Program-made: the position numbers and the translations under genes
Part shown: piece by piece, positions 63,933-64,000 of the stretch
Layout: every line of letters starts with the position of its first letter
Numbering within the stretch: the stretch's first letter is position 1
Notes under the pieces: generated by a model
What the model was told of the DNA's origin: nothing
Seen by the model: only the letters and a program-made list of their open reading frames with translations
The model's database searches: none
DNA from: Synechococcus sp.
GTDB lineage: Bacteria; Cyanobacteriota; Cyanobacteriia; PCC-6307; Cyanobiaceae
Assembly: GCA_047285305.1 (NCBI GenBank)
Contig: JBJBDL010000003.1
Span: 1,056,001-1,120,000 of the forward strand
DNA length: 64,000 nucleotides
Reading direction: 5' to 3'

Positions 63933-64000
63933 GGCTGGAGCAATGGAGCAAGGTTCACATGTTGCTCGAAGGCATCGGCAAGGCGATCGAGCAACAGATC
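63929..64000 (-). CDS. cobQ: C-terminal end of probable cobyric acid synthase (runs off the window end)
   Basis: ...DLLLDRLADAFEQHVNLAPLLQP*, a typical CobQ C-terminal helix; ATGA overlap with the ferredoxin start. Only 24 codons are visible. Confidence 0.65.
   Translation of the reverse strand, partial: DLLLDRLADAFEQHVNLAPLLQP

Overview
GC-rich chromosomal segment of a marine alpha-cyanobacterium, inferred to be marine Synechococcus from form IA Rubisco, an alpha-carboxysome operon, an FNR with a phycobilisome-linker domain and an NDH-1 CO2-uptake module. It is mostly core genome: cbiA(partial)-opcA-zwf-petH, tRNA-Glu, sasA, pepN, a photolyase-family gene, frr-pyrH-cobO, an orphan tyrosine recombinase, hemH-ilvB, pgeF-tab2-rps1b, the alkane cluster ado-aar-accA-SDR-folE, trpF, psaM, por and chlN-chlB-chlL. 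It ends with the carbon-concentrating superlocus (csoS1D, ham1, csoS1-cbbL-cbbS-csoS2-csoSCA-csoS4A/B-csoS1E, ndhF4-ndhD4-cupB, acRAF, cbbX), a ClC channel, a ferredoxin and the 3' end of cobQ. The one clear accessory patch is about 11.2-13.0 kb: decayed small secreted-protein genes, a DUF4278-like gene, and an HTH plus phage-type Zn-domain gene. Two more pseudogenes lie at about 16.1-16.5 kb and 27.0-27.3 kb. I saw no CRISPR array, IS element or prophage, and no unambiguous new multi-gene system. The best leads are a photolyase-family protein ending in a DinB-like beta-clamp motif (QLSLGL), a cargo-less intact XisA-like recombinase, a GTG at the position of the known internal FNR start, a CsoS2-type Rubisco-binding peptide in CsoSCA, and a LysR-type palindrome upstream of the carboxysome operon. 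All assignments are by eye from motifs and synteny; no searches were run.
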